From the NCBI RefSeq assembly GCF_963921235.1, contig NC_086111.1:37448001-37512000 (forward strand): DNA of 64,000 nucleotides, in the 5' to 3' direction. The notes below the pieces were generated by a model. That model did not search any database and was not told the DNA's origin. It saw only the letters and a list, made by a program, of their open reading frames with translations. Positions 10,210 to 22,880 of the stretch are shown in pieces. This stretch comes from Mobula hypostoma (taxonomy: Eukaryota). Position 1 is the stretch's first letter. Each line of letters begins with the position of its first letter. Both the position numbers and the translations under genes were made by a program.

Positions 10210-13200
10210 TGTTGCATCTCTGCAACTACATATCAAATAAATAAAAACACACACTTGGAGATGAAGTTAACTCCTATACTCACTTTGCAGAGAGAGCTAC
10301 AAATCAAAGCATATGGCTAAGTTATCAGTCAATAATTGGTGTTAAGGGGAGTCATTTCACTAAAAGAAATAGATCTGTACACTATTCTTCTTCCCCCTTT
10401 ACATTAACGTAACATAAAACTGTAGATGTAATGACACATTCAATTTCCCTTAACAGACCATGTTCAAATAAGCATGCTTTTGCAATAACAGTGTTTGATT
10501 GATATTTTTCTTAAATAAGAGTCCATAATTAACTTCACTATACTAAAGACCCAGTCTTTTGGGTGGCGCTCTGTTTCTTTGAGGATAGTACCTCTGGATC
10601 TGTGGGGTTGCATCAGGTTTGGCAGGTGTCTTGTCAAAGGCAACTTTCTCTGGTGTCACATTGCTGTTAGTGATGTGATCATCGCTGAGAGGTAAGTCCA
10701 GTGGACGCAATGTGTCCGTCTTGTTGGATGCATACGACCCAGGTGTGTTCTTTGGCTGTGAATCCAGTATCTGGTCTACATGACGTCTCCATGTATGATC
10801 TCCAACATCCACTGTGTATATCGGTACTCCGGTTCTTGTAGCTAGCCGACCGGGTGTCCAATTGTCTTCTCAGTAATTATGTGTTTCCTGCCCAACCTCA
10901 AAGCTCCTTGCTGATTTCCTGCTCATGAACAGCATTACAAGTGTTTGATTTGTCATCATATGAACAGAGTTCCGATTCACAAAAAGGAAGTTGTTCACCT
11001 TATGCTGAAGAGTAATGTCCCTCTTGTCCATAGCTTTAAAGGGCTTCTTGAAGGTTTGGATAAACCTTTCAGCTAACCCATTCGTTGCTGGACGGTAAGG
11101 AGCTGACTTGAAATGTTTGATGCCATCTATCTAGTCTGCACTCTTCTGATGTGTACTGTGGTCCATTGTCATTCACAATTTGTTCATGTAAGCCATTTAT
11201 AAAGATAGTCCTCGGTGCGGAAACAGTATTTTCTGATGTGGTTGACTTCATTAGAGTGACCTCAGGCCACTTCGAATGAGATGCCACACCAATCAGAAAC
11301 ATGGAGTTCATGAATGGCCCAGCAAAGTCAATACGTACTGATTGCCATGATGAAGACGGCTTCTCCCATGGGTGTAAAGATGCTTGTGGGAGTGGATTTT
11401 GAACTTTGTAGCAACCTGAACAACTCTTGGCCAAGTCTTCGATCTGTTTATCCCTTCTCGGCCACCACATGTAGCTCCAGGCAAGACTTTTCATGTTGAC
11501 TGTACTCAAGTGTCCTTCATGCAGTTCCTGTAGCACTCTGGTGCACAGTTTAGAGGGAACCGCAACACAAGATCAACACATCAGCGTTCTTTGGCATACA
11601 GACAGTTGGTCTTGTCTCACTGAGATCTCTGGAAACATCAGGTTACCATGATCCAGCCATCCTTAAATGATGACGTCATACACTTTTGACAATGTCAGGT
11701 CATTCCTTGTTTCTCTTTGTATTTCAGAATTTGTTACCGGTTGCTGGTTGGTCCACCTCTGCTGTGTGGAACACCTCTGCTGGGTCACAGAATGAAGACT
11801 TTTCTTCTTCAGTTGTCAGTGGAAGATGAGACAAGCCATCAGTGTTGCTGTGTTGTTTGGGACCCTTGAACTCTATGTCAAGGGTCCTAGGAAATGGGCT
11901 CCTAGGAAATAGCGAGCTCTTAGTGGGCTCCTTGGAAATACGCCCAACATTGCAACTGGGTAGCAGACAGCACTGAGATCTCCCTCCTGGGATTGAAAAT
12001 GGAAACAGGGACTGGTGATCAGTCACTAGAGTAAACTTTTGTCCGTAGAGGTAGTGGTGGAACTTCTTTAATCCCTATACTGGACTAAGGACTTCTCAGT
12101 TGATCTGTGTGCAGTTGCGTTCTGCGCTTGTCAGTGATCCTGAAGCAAATGCAATCTGACGTTCAGGCCCATCCTTCATAGTATGTGAAAAAACAGCACC
12201 AATGCCATAAAGGGACGCATCGCATGCTAGTCTGATGGGCAGAGATTGGTCATAATGGGTGAGCAGTTCATATGGTGTTATTAGTCTCTTTGTTTTCTTG
12301 AATTCTCTTTCACAGCTTTCTAAGCACTCCTATTTTGCTACTGTCTGCAACAATGCTTTCAATGGGTGTAGCACCGTAGCAAGATTTGGGAGAAACTTAG
12401 GGTAATAGTGTACAAGGTCCAAGTATGACATGAGTAATGGCCCATTTTCCAGTTTGGCTTCCTGCAGCATTGTTTCAATCTTCTCTTGTGACATATATGA
12501 GCCATATTTGTCAATGACATGTACACAATATGAGATTTCATTCTTGAAAGCTCATATTTGTCTCTTGTTGTGCACAGACCATACTCACTCATCTTGGTAA
12601 GTTCTTTACCAAGGTCCAGATGTGTTCTTCATTATTCCTGCCAGTCACAATGATGTCATCAAGGTAATATTGTGTTCCTGGGTTATCTTGGCGCATTTGG
12701 TCCATTGGTCTTTGCCAAATTGCTAGAGCTGATGCGACGTCAAAGATGAGACGATTATACTGGAACAGTCCCCTGTGAGTATTGATTGTGAGGAACTTCC
12801 TGCTTGACTCCTCAATCCCCATTTTCAGATAGGCTTGTGACAAGTCAATCTTTGAAAACCTCTCTCCACCTGCTAAAGATGCAAAAATGTCTTCTATTCG
12901 TGGCAGGGGACTCTGCACAGCACGCAGCACAGGGTTGATGCGCACTTTGAATTCCTGCATATGTAAACAGCTCCAGCCTTCCTTTGCTTAATCACCAGGA
13001 CAATGGGTGTGGCCCAATCACTCCATTCACCCTTGGAAAGAATGCCAGATGCCTCCAAGTTCAGCATCCATCAAGCGCACTTTATGGAATCTTTCATTCA
13101 GTTCAATTCTGGCCTTCATTCCTTTGAGTTTACCAATACCCTTCTCAAACACCTTCTCATTAGCATTAAGCAGTTGTGACAGTCTCTGGTTAGTGCTGCT

Positions 13201-13720
13201 GTTTGGGCTGCAGTTGCCTGTTGATGACATATTGAGAGCTTTGATTGTGTGCCAGTCTAGTTGGATTTTTCTCAACTATTCATGTCCGAAAAGTGCTGGC
13301 CTTCGTACTTCACATTCACTTTCAGTTTGCCTTTGGGAGACAGTTTGTCGCCTGTGTAAGTCTTTAGCATCACCAACGTCTTTTCTAATGGTAGTTTAGA
13401 AAGCACTCTGTTGTAGGCAGCCTTTGAAATTATAGACAAAGCTGGCCCTGTATCCAGCTCAGTTTTCAGTTTTACACCAAACACATCTCTTTCCATCTGC
13501 TTCAGTAATGCTATGCAGTTCTAGGCATGACAGCTCTCCTTTGTCAGAATCAGTGTTGTCTGATTCAGTTTCGCATTCAGTCACTTTAATGCATTTGTTT
13601 GGTTTTTTTTGTTTGAAACTTGCACCTTGCATGTGTTTTCTCTTTGGTTGTGCTTTTTTGTCAGACTTGCAAGCTCTCTCTATGAGGCCTTGTCTGTGAC
13701 ACTTTCCGCAAGCTTATTCT
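10210..13720 (-). mobile_element. Degenerate Gypsy LTR retrotransposon (gag knuckle, protease, RT, RNase H, integrase, PPT, probable 3' LTR)
   Basis: Fragments: ELDTGPALSII (protease, 13272-13496), FSKIDLSQAY...YLDDIIVTG (RT, 12589-12960), HEGH...WWP...CSGC...IDFAGPF...DNGPQY (integrase, 11069-11536), RNRAPPKRLGL tail, polypurine tract at ~10387-10400; many stops and frameshifts; LTR limits approximate. Confidence 0.9.
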
Positions 13721-13784
13721 ATGAACCAACAGTCATTTACATCATGGGAGGATTTAACAATTTTAGCATTTTCTTTCTTGTAAC

Positions 13785-16350
13785 ACCATGGGCTCTTAAT
13801 TTGTTAAGCAGCTTCATGTCAAAGGCCTTTGAAAATCCAAGTACACTACATCAACCAATTATCCTTTGACTATCCTGTTTATTATTTCTTCAAAGAATTC
13901 CAACAGATTTGTCAGGCAAGATTTTCCCTTGAGGAAACCATATTGACTAAGGCCTTTTTTATCAAGTACCTCCAAGTACCCCCAAGTACCCCAAACCCAC
14001 ATCCTTAACAATCGACTCTAACATCTTCCCAAACACTAAGATCAGACTAACAGGCCGATAGTTTCCTCCTTCTGCCTCTCTCCCTTCTTGAAGGGTGCAG
14101 TGACATTTGCAATTTTCTAGTCTTCTGGACACATTCCAGAATCTGGTGTTTCTTGAAAGATGATTACCAATGCCTCTACAATCTCTTCAGCCACCTCTTT
14201 CTGAACCCTGGGATGTACACCATCTGGTCCAGCTGACTTACGTACCTTCAGACTTTTCAGCTTCCCAAGAACCTTCACCCTATTAATGCCAACTTCACAA
14301 ACTTCTGACTCTTGACACTTCTGGAACTCTGGGACTTCCACCCTACTGATGAAATGATTGTGGAGGGATTAGTAATGATCTTTCAAGAATCATTAGATTC
14401 TGGAGTGATTCCAGAAAACTAGCAAATTGGGAAGCTTTTAAAAACCAACAGTGAAGACTGATGCAAAATACTTATTCTGTTTGGCTGCCATCACTATTTC
14501 CTCATTCACCATTACTACCACTCCAGTATAATTTTCCAGCAGTCTGATATCCATTCTCACCTCTCTTTTACACTTCATATATCTGAAGAAACGTTTGGTA
14601 TCCTCTTTAATATTATTGGCTAGCCTACTTTTGTATTCCATCTTTTTCTTCTTAATGACTTCTTTAACTGCCTCCCATTGGTGTTTAAAAGCTTCCCAAC
14701 CCTGTAACTTCCCACTAATTTTTGCTCTATTATACGTCCTCTCTTTGGCTTTTATGTTGGCTTTGACTTCTCTTGTTAGTTACAGTTATGCCATCCTTGC
14801 TTTAGAACACTTCTTCCTCTTTGGGATGTATATATCCTGTGCCTTACGAATTGCTTCCAGAAATTCCAGCCATTGGCGTTCTGACATCATCCCTGCCAGT
14901 ATTCTTTTCCAATCAATTCTGGTCAACTTCTCTCTCATGCCTCTGTAATTCCCTTTACTCCACTGTAATACTGATACTGTACATCTGAATTTAGTTTCTC
15001 CTTCTGAAATTTTAGGGTGAATTCGATCATATTATGATCACTTCCCCTGTGGCCTCTCTTATCTTATGCTCTAATCAATTCTGGTTCATGAGCCTCAACT
15101 ATGAGCTGCTCTAAAAAGCCATCTTTTAGGCATTCTCGAAATTCCCCCTCCTGTAATCCAGCACCAGCCTAATTTTCCCAATCCACCTGCATATTGAAAT
15201 CCCCCATGACTATTGTAACATTTCCCTTTTGGCATGCATTTTCTATTTCCTATATTAATTTGTAGACCACATCCTTACTAGTGTTTGGGGGTTGGTATAC
15301 AACTCCCATCAGAGTACTTTACCCTTGCAGTTCCTTAGCTCTATCCACAATGATACAACACCTTCCAATCCTATGTCACCTCTTCCTAATAATTTGATTT
15401 CACCAATAGATCCATCTCAACATTCCCCCACCCCCACCCCCCACCCCACTTAGCTGCTTGTCCTGTCGATACGATGTGTATCCTTGGATGTTGAGCTCAC
15501 AATTATAATCTTCTTTCAGCCATGATTCAGTGATGCCTACAACATCCTACATGCCAATTTATAACTGTGCTACAAGGTCATCTACCTTATTCTGTATACT
15601 GTGCACATTCAAATATAACACCTTAAGTGCTCTATTCACCCTCTTCAATTTTGTTTACTTTTTACATCCTGTTGACTGCAATTTTGTCCTATCATCAGCC
15701 ACTCCTTGCTAGCAGTCTCACTACACACTGCCTCTGTTTGTAAACCAACTACCTCATCCTCAGCACTATCACTCTGGTTCCCATCCCCCTGACAAATTAG
15801 TTTAACCCTCCCAAACAATTCTAGCCATCGTGCCCACAAGGATATTGGACCCCCTCAGGTCCAGGTGAACCCCATCCATTTTGTACAGGTCATACCTTCC
15901 CCGTAAGAGATCCCAATGATCCATGAACCTGAACCTCTGACCTTACACCGGATCCACAGCCATGCATTCACCTGCCAAATCATCCGATTCTTACCCTCAC
16001 TGGCATGTGGCACAGGCAGCAATCCAAAGATTACTACCCTGGAGGTCCTGTTTCTCAGCTCTCTACCTAGCTCCCTAAAATCTCTTCAGGATCTCCTCAC
16101 CTTGCCTGCCTTTGTCATTGGTGCTAATATGCACTTAGACTTCTGGCTGCTCACCTTCATCTTTGAGAATGCCATTGACCCGATCTGAGACATCCCTGAT
16201 TCTGGCATCAGGGAGGCAGCATACCATCCAGGTGTATCTATCGCACCCACAGAATCTCATCTCTATGCTTCTGAGTACGGAATATCCTACCAACACTGCA
16301 GTCCTCTTCACTTCTCTGCTCTGCTGAGCCACAGCACCATACTCAGTGCC
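13785..16350 (-). mobile_element. CR1 LINE, degenerate (ORF1 SGNH esterase, ORF2 endonuclease and RT N-terminal half)
   Basis: VLVGYSVLR...VCCLPDARIRDV (ORF1 esterase), LANNIKEDTKRFFRY, KSAGPDGVHPRV, and GKSCLTNLLEFFE / DFQRPLT RT motifs at ~13820-13940. Confidence 0.9.
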
Positions 16351-17326
16351 AGAGACCTCTTCACTGTGACCCCCCCACCACCCCCACCCCGTGGTAGGTC
16401 GTACCCCTCAACTGTATCTAAAGTCGTATTCTTATTATTGAAGGGAACGGCCACAAGTTTACTCTAAAACTGGCGGTGTATTTACCCTCCTTCTCCTAGA
16501 GGCTCCTAAAACTTGGGGGCCACAGGTCATTATAATTTTTATCCTTATCTAAATGTAGTAGAGCTTGTGCTACCCATTGCTTATAGGAAACATCTTATTA
16601 GAGAATTGATTTGTATCTTTGAGAAATTGAGAGGACTACAAAAAGGAGGGACATAACAGATATAGGCAGGTAGGAACAAATGAGGTGCTTATGGAGTATA
16701 AGAAATGCAAGAGAACATTTAGGAAATAAACCAGGAGGGCTGAAAGAAGGTACGAGGTTGCCCATAGCAGACAAGGTGAAGGAGAACCTTAATGGATTCA
16801 ACAGCTATGTTAAGAGCAAAAGGATTGTAAGGGACAAAATTGGTCCTCTGGAAGAACAGAACAGTAATAGTTATCTCTTTTGTGCAGCCAAAAGAGATGG
16901 AAGAGATCTTAAGTACATTTTTTGCATCTGTATTTACTCAGGAGAAGGACACAGAATCTATAGGTGTGAGGCAAAACGTCATCAACTTCATGGACCCTAT
17001 ATGGATGGTGTTTGCTGTCCTGAGGCAAACTGGGGCCTGACAAAATGTTCTCTTAGACCCTAGGGGAGGCAGGTGCAAAATTGTTGGGGCCCTAGCAGAG
17101 ATATCTAAATCACTCTTACTGACAGGAGAGGTACCAGAGGATTGAAGGACAGCCAAAGTGGTTCCACTGTTTAAGAAAGGCTCTAAACATAAACCAGGAA
17201 ATAACAGGCCAGTTAGTCTGACATCAGCTGTGGGAAAGTTATTGGAAGGTATTTTAAGGGATTGGGTATATGAATATTTGGATAGACGTGGACTGATTAA
17301 GGATAATCAGCATGGCTTCATACGTG

Positions 17327-18045
17327 TGTAGCCCCCTGGTAAGCCTCAGGCTCGCTCAACTCGCTTTCATCTAGGGGGAATAGCCCTCAGCCCCGCCAAA
17401 CCGAGTAATCAAGTTTGTGTGGATGCTGTGTGATGTACCCCACCCTGCCAAATAACAGACAATACACCATATGCGATTTAATGATTACATTTTAGAGATC
17501 TTGCTGGAACTATGTAATTAATAGAGATAAAATATAAAGGGAAAATAAAAGGCGCCAGACTTATCAAAGTTCAGCCACTTCGTGCACAACAGTTGGAGCT
17601 CAATGAACGGAGTCCTCTTCCCACCATTCGATCCCCTCCGATCCCCTCGACCCTCTACCTGGGACCAACCACAGTGGTCGACCAGACGCTCCACATGAGT
17701 CTGTCTTCATCTCCTCTCCTCGCCGAAGACCCCAGGCCTCGGACTCCCACTCGGGGTTGGTCCCGCCGCCCAGGGCCACAGCATTGCGTCCCCTCTCTCT
17801 GTCCCCATCGCCTTCTGAATCAAAACCCGTGAAACACAATAGCTTACAGACACACAAAAAAGAATAACATCTATCCCAATTGGTTCGTTCCTTCTCTTAT
17901 CAATAATATAACCCAAACAAGCAGAGAGAGAGGGAGAACTCTTTACATCGCAGTTATTATTACAGAAAAGCCATTTTAATTATAACATAATAAAGAAGCC
18001 ATTTTGTTAGCCTTCGCAGTAACATAAAAGAAGAAACTCCTTACA
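17327..18045 (-). mobile_element. Solo LTR family B
   Basis: TGTAG...TTACA termini; 4-bp TSD CGTG/CATG (one CpG-type change); reverse complement of 18429-19088 plus 21403-21444. Strand is relative to that copy. Confidence 0.9.
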
Positions 18046-18096
18046 CATGGAAGGTCATATCTAACCAATCTCATAAAGTTTTCCGAAGAAGTTATC

Positions 18097-18185
18097 ATGA
18101 AAGGTCTCACTCTGAAACGTAACTGCTCTCTTTTCCTTCGATGCTGCCTGACTTGCTGAGCTCCTCCAGCATTTTGTATGTGTTT
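18097..18185 (+). mobile_element. Penelope pLTR fragment
   Basis: atgaaaggtctcactctgaaacgt...gatgctgcctgacttgctgagctcctccagcattttg; sits where several hundred bp of CR1 RT are missing. Confidence 0.7.
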
Positions 18186-20279
18186 ATTGAGTACAAGAGC
18201 TGGGATGTTATGTTGAAGTTGTCTAAGACATTGATGTGGCCTAATTTGGAGTATTGTGTGCAGTTTTGGTCACCTACCTACAGGAAAGATGTAAATAAGG
18301 TTGAAAGAATATAGAGAAAATTGACAAGGAAGTTGTTGAGACTGGATGACCTGAGTTATAAGGAAAGATTGAATAGGTTATGACTTTATTCTTAGAACAT
18401 AGAAGACTGACGGGAGATTTGATAGAGGTGTAAGGGGTTTCTTCTTTTATATTACTGCGAAGGCTAACAAAATGGCTTCTTTGTTATGTTATAATTAAAA
18501 TGGCTTTTCTGTAATAATAACTGCTGAGAAAGTTCTCTCTCTAGCAGCTTGTTTGGGTTATAAAGAGAATTGTATTCATTTGCTAACTAATTGGGATAGG
18601 TGTTATTCTTTCTTGTGTGTCTGCAAGCTATTGTTTGCGGGCTTTGAGGGAGAAGGTGCGATGGGGAGAGAGAGAGTGGACACGATGCTGTAACCCGGCC
18701 GATGGCGCGGACCCCGAGCAGGATCCGAGGCCCAGGGTCTTCGGCGAGGAGAGGAGATGAAGACAGACTCGTGTGGAGCGTCTGGTCGACCACCATGGTT
18801 AGTCCCAGGCAGCGGGTCGAGGGGATCGAATGGTGGAAAGAAGACTCCATTAATTGAGCTCCAACTGTTGTGCACAAAGTGGTTGAACTTTGATAAGTTT
18901 GGCGCCTTTTATTTTCCTTTTATATTTTATCTCCATTAATTACATAGTTCCAGTAAGATTGATCAAATGTAAACATTTAATCGCATTTGGTGTATTGTCT
19001 GTTATTTGGCGGGGTGGGGTACATCACACAGCATCCATACAAACTTGATTACCCAGTTTGGTGGGGCCAAAGGCTGCTCTCCGTAGACTAGTGGCCCAAG
19101 ATCCCCTACCTCGACCGCAGTGAAAGGCAAGATCTACCTACTAAATTGTTTAGAGAAAAAACAGCTCAGATTGTACTTCCAATTTGAGACCTTTTATTTG
19201 GGCAAATTGTATTTGAATTACACAAAATACTTTTGTCAAACTTTCAAATTAATTCAAAGAACACTGTAAATAGCATATCAAACAGGCCATAGCTGTCTTT
19301 CTTTAAGAATATTACATACTTCACACCTTTAATTCTAAGTTTCATTATTTAATTTTATTTCAACACGAAAAATAAATGAATAAGAATTGACTGTTGCACT
19401 CAGTGTGATGACTGGGGCTGAATACTTTCTGCTAGTTCCCTGAAATTTGGCTCATAACTACAGACAGCCAGTCTGAGGCAGTCTGTGAGGAGTAGGGTTG
19501 CCAGCTGTCCCGTATTTCCCCTGCTAAGGTACAGCGTTCCTATGAAACCTTTCATGCCGAAATGCTTTACGCCGAAGAAGCAATTACTATTAATTTATAT
19601 GGAAAAAATTTTGAGCGTTCTCAGACCCAATAAAAAACCTACCAAATAACACATAAAACCTAAAATAACACTAACATATAGTAAAATCAGGAATGATATG
19701 ATAAATACACAGTCTATATAAAGTAGAAATCATGAAGATTAAGCCAAAAGCGATTTGTGGGGTAAAGCAAAAAAAAAATCGGCACATCACGCATGCGCAC
19801 ACAGGTGCCCGCGCAAGGCTTCATGGTCATGGTAGTCCTTCTTGGGGTGAACAGAAATGTCCCAGGATTTGACTGCTACTTTTGTCCCATCAGTAGCAAT
19901 TGCCATCAGTTTATGAATGGGGATGTCATTTTCACGGACATTTTTTAAAAACTCATTGTAAATATCCTCACCTCTCGTTCTTTACTTTAATTGCAAAAGA
20001 GTGAGGAAGTCCTCCTTTGTTGTAAAATCCTGGAAAGCCATTCTGACAAATGCAACAAGCTGAGCTGTTTGCATTACATCCAGGGATTCATCGAACTGTA
20101 GTGAAAAATATCCACGTTCTCTGACGGTGACTCTACCCTCCTTGTCACTGTTGCAGGGCCAAGCGGTATATTATCTATTGCAAACAACAGGAATTCTGCA
20201 GATGCTGGAAATTCAAGCAACATACATCAAAGTTGCTGGTGAACGCAGCAGGCCAAGCAGCATCTATAGGAAGAGGCGC

Positions 20280-20315
20280 AGTCGACGTTTCAGGCCGAGA
20301 CCCTTCGTCAGGACT
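20280..20315 (-). ncRNA. Minimal type I hammerhead ribozyme motif
   Basis: Minus strand agtc-CTGACGA-AGGgtctcggCCT-GAAA-CG-TC-gact: stem I agtc/gact, conserved core, stem II, vestigial palindromic stem III, GUC cleavage triplet. Confidence 0.75.
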
Positions 20316-20329
20316 AACTTCCTTCAGTT

Positions 20330-20365
20330 AGTCCTGACGAAGGGTCTCGGCCTGAAACGTCGGCT
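20330..20365 (+). ncRNA. Minimal type I hammerhead ribozyme motif
   Basis: agtc-CTGACGA-AGGgtctcggCCT-GAAA-CG-TC-ggct; the single arm mismatch gives a G-U wobble in stem I. Confidence 0.72.
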
Positions 20366-22524
20366 GCGCCTCTTCCTATAGATGCTGCTTGGCCTGCTGC
20401 GTTCACCAGCAACTTTGATGTATGTTGCTATTATCTATTGCAGTTGTGATGCCATTTTTGTTTTTAAAGTCATTAAAAACAGTGTCTGCGGTAATGACCA
20501 TTGCTTCCTTGAATAAATCACCATCTGTAAAAGGCTTCTTGTGTTTAGCCAAAAGGTGACTTACACGAAATGATGCTTCAATAGCAGCCTTATTTTGAGC
20601 AGCATGTTTTGTGAAAAACGATTGCTGGGCCTTCAACCCCGATTTCAGCTCAACTTTCCAGGCACGACTTGCGCTCTTTGGGGGGTAGGTGTCTTTAAAT
20701 TCCTGGTGTTTGGTGTTGTGGTACCGCTCCAGATTCCCTCTTTTAGTCAGTGCTTGTGTTTGGTGGCACAACATACATACACACTTGTCTTTCACCAAGG
20801 TAAATAGAAATTCCTCTTCCCATTCTGGATGGAATTTGTATGTTTTCACCTTCTTTCGTGGAGCCTCCGCCATGCTATGAGGGTATCACGAGCGATTGCC
20901 GATTGCGTCACCTCTGATCTGGGCTGATATTCACCTAATTAATTAGCTTGTTTATTTCAGCTGTTTTTCTTAAAGATGTGCTGTGTGCATCCCGACTACC
21001 GCTGCATCCCTGCATGCTTCGCAGCCCGGAGGTTGGGGACACTGCCGTATATTGATGTTTGCGACAGTCTGTACTGTTACCTAATCTGATTAGTCACTTT
21101 GATGCAGCACAGGCTACGCTGAAAATGCAGTGCATGGCGGGGGCACTACACACATGTGCACTGGGCAGAAAGAACAGAACTAAACCCCCGCAACCCGGAA
21201 ACAATCTCTCTTCACAAACAGCTTTTTAGCGAAAATATTGCTATTTTACCATTATCCTAATTAGTATTACTTACTTTTATAATGCTTACATTACAACAGT
21301 ATTTGTATATTTATTTTTGATTTTTCTTCGGGATCTACTGGGAAAGTCTCAAAGATCGACTGGTCGATCGTGATCGACAGGTTGGCAACCCCTACCCTAG
21401 ACGAAAGCGAGCTGAGCGAGCCTGAGGCTTACCAGGGGGCTACAGGGGTAAACAAAATTATGATGGGTACTGATAGAGTAAATGCAAGCAGGCTTTTTCC
21501 ACTGAGGTTGGGTGGAACTACAATCAGAGGTCATGGGTTAAGGGTGAAAGGTGAAAAGTTTAAGAGGAACATGAGGAGAAACTTCTTCATTCAGAAGGTC
21601 GCGAAAGTGTGGAACGAGCTGCCAGCACAAGTGGTGCACATGAGCTCGATTTCAATGTTTAAGTGAAGTTTGGATAGGTACATGGATGCTAGGGGTATGG
21701 ACAGCTATGGCCCTGGTGCAGGTTGATAGGAGTAGGCAGTTTAAATGGTTTCAGAATGGACTAGATGGGCTGAAGGGCATGCTTCTGTCCTGTATTTCTC
21801 TATGACTCTATTAGCCAATGAAGTCTACCAATGACATTTAAGTATATTTGTGCAAGTATATTCATTTTATTCTTGCTGACTGGCTATTATGAAGTATAAT
21901 GAGCAGCAACTGGATGTGTGGTTTGAGAAGAGCTGGTGGCCTTTGCCTCATTGGTATAGGGAGTGGGTGTGGTGTGAGAGATCGTAGAGATTAATCACGG
22001 TCTGCTGTTGCTGGTGTTAGAGAAGCAAAATCAGCCTGGACTGGGAGTTTGGAGGAGAGTATGTGAGGCCTTGGATTAGGATTGGATATTAGGGAATGGG
22101 GAATGGTGAGGGTTGGGACCACCATTTGCGTTTGAGGAGGATTGGTGAAGCTATTGGGAATTGGGATGAATGGAAGAATTAAGGGGTCAAATCAGAGGGC
22201 CTTGACAACTGTCTAATTTCCTCCTCAAAACCGCAAAAGGAGCTTAATGCAACAAATATGTACCAGACAAGGAAGGTGGCAATACCGATTCATAGCAAAG
22301 GACTGCCTAGTCGAACACAAGGAGAGATGCAGAGAGGCTGAGAAATGGTCAAATTGCATTTCAGTCAAGGTTAATTCTTAATTGCATAATGCTTTAAAGA
22401 AGTGTAACACAAAATTAAAATTCTAGACAGATTGAAGATAACTTCTACTGAAGCTCCTGAAGCAGCATCAGCATTCATGAATAGTTCTGCTCTCGTGCCT
22501 TAAGAAGTTAAGAAAGAAGGAAGC

Positions 22525-22880
22525 TGGAATTGTACACTGCCTTACATTGCCTCAGGATACCCTGCAGTGCTTAACTGATTACTGAAAATGATTAAGTCTC
22601 TTTTTCAAACTATGATGAATATTGTAATTAAGGAAATGTTGTAGCTTTTTTATGCATGGTAGGTTTCCTCAAAGAACAACATGAAAATGAACGGATAATA
22701 TGTTTCAATGTTGTTCATTGAGGAATAGGTATTGAGCAGATTCTTTACATTAATCTGGCATGGAAAATTCTTGGGTTTAATGTTTGATTCTGATAATGTT
22801 GCACCCTCAGTATTACACTGGAATGCCAAGCAGTTTTGGTTGGTGTCCTGATGAGTCAGAAGTATAGTGATGCCCATAGG
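22525..22880 (-). mobile_element. Ancient SINE remnant (Deu-domain / SacSINE-like)
   Basis: Degenerate motifs gggtttaatgttt...gataatgttgcaccctcagtattacactggaatg resemble the Deu-SINE core by recall; highly diverged. Confidence 0.4.

Larger units (their letters stand above)
20183..20429. mobile_element. Fold-back Penelope-derived element (inverted pLTRs)
   Basis: 104-bp inverted arms 20216-20319 and 20326-20429 (1 mismatch, 6-nt loop); 14-bp TSD TATTATCTATTGCA at 20169-20182 and 20429-20442. Confidence 0.92.
19886..20873 (-). pseudogene. hAT transposase remnant (GTF2IRD2/SPIN-like), interrupted and truncated
   Basis: FHPEWEEEFLF...CVCMLC...LERYHNTKH (BED-type zinc finger), ASFRVSHLLAKHKKPFTDGD; resumes past the insert as AIDNIPLGPATVTRRVE, then FSLQFDESLD...ATDG (first two catalytic Asp); stops after TDG. 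Confidence 0.9.
19089..21394 (-). mobile_element. Composite non-autonomous hAT (Charlie/SPIN-like) DNA transposon
   Basis: 8-bp TSD CCGTAGAC/CCCTAGAC (19081-19088 and 21395-21402), close to the Charlie NTCTAGAN target; right end ...gttggcaacccta; contains a transposase remnant. Confidence 0.8.
18429..21444 (+). mobile_element. Solo LTR family B, interrupted by a hAT composite (19089-21394)
   Basis: TGTAAG...CTACA termini; TSD GAGG/GGGG; collinear with the reverse complement of 17327-18045 once the insert is removed. Confidence 0.88.
16620..21811 (+). mobile_element. CR1 LINE (5'-truncated ORF2 to 3' tail), split by two solo LTRs, a pLTR and a hAT composite
   Basis: KVKENLNGFNSYVKSKRIVRDKIGPL; HGFIRG|RSYLTN across 17327-18045; GDLIEV|xKIM across 18429-21444; RGHGLRVKGEKF...WNELP; tctatgactcta tail at ~21800-21811. 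Confidence 0.9.

Noticed and set aside
20403-20873. Domesticated GTF2IRD2/ZBED-like gene
   Set aside because: Interrupted by a TSD-flanked insert, truncated after TDG, contains a stop, and lies inside an 8-bp-TSD transposon.
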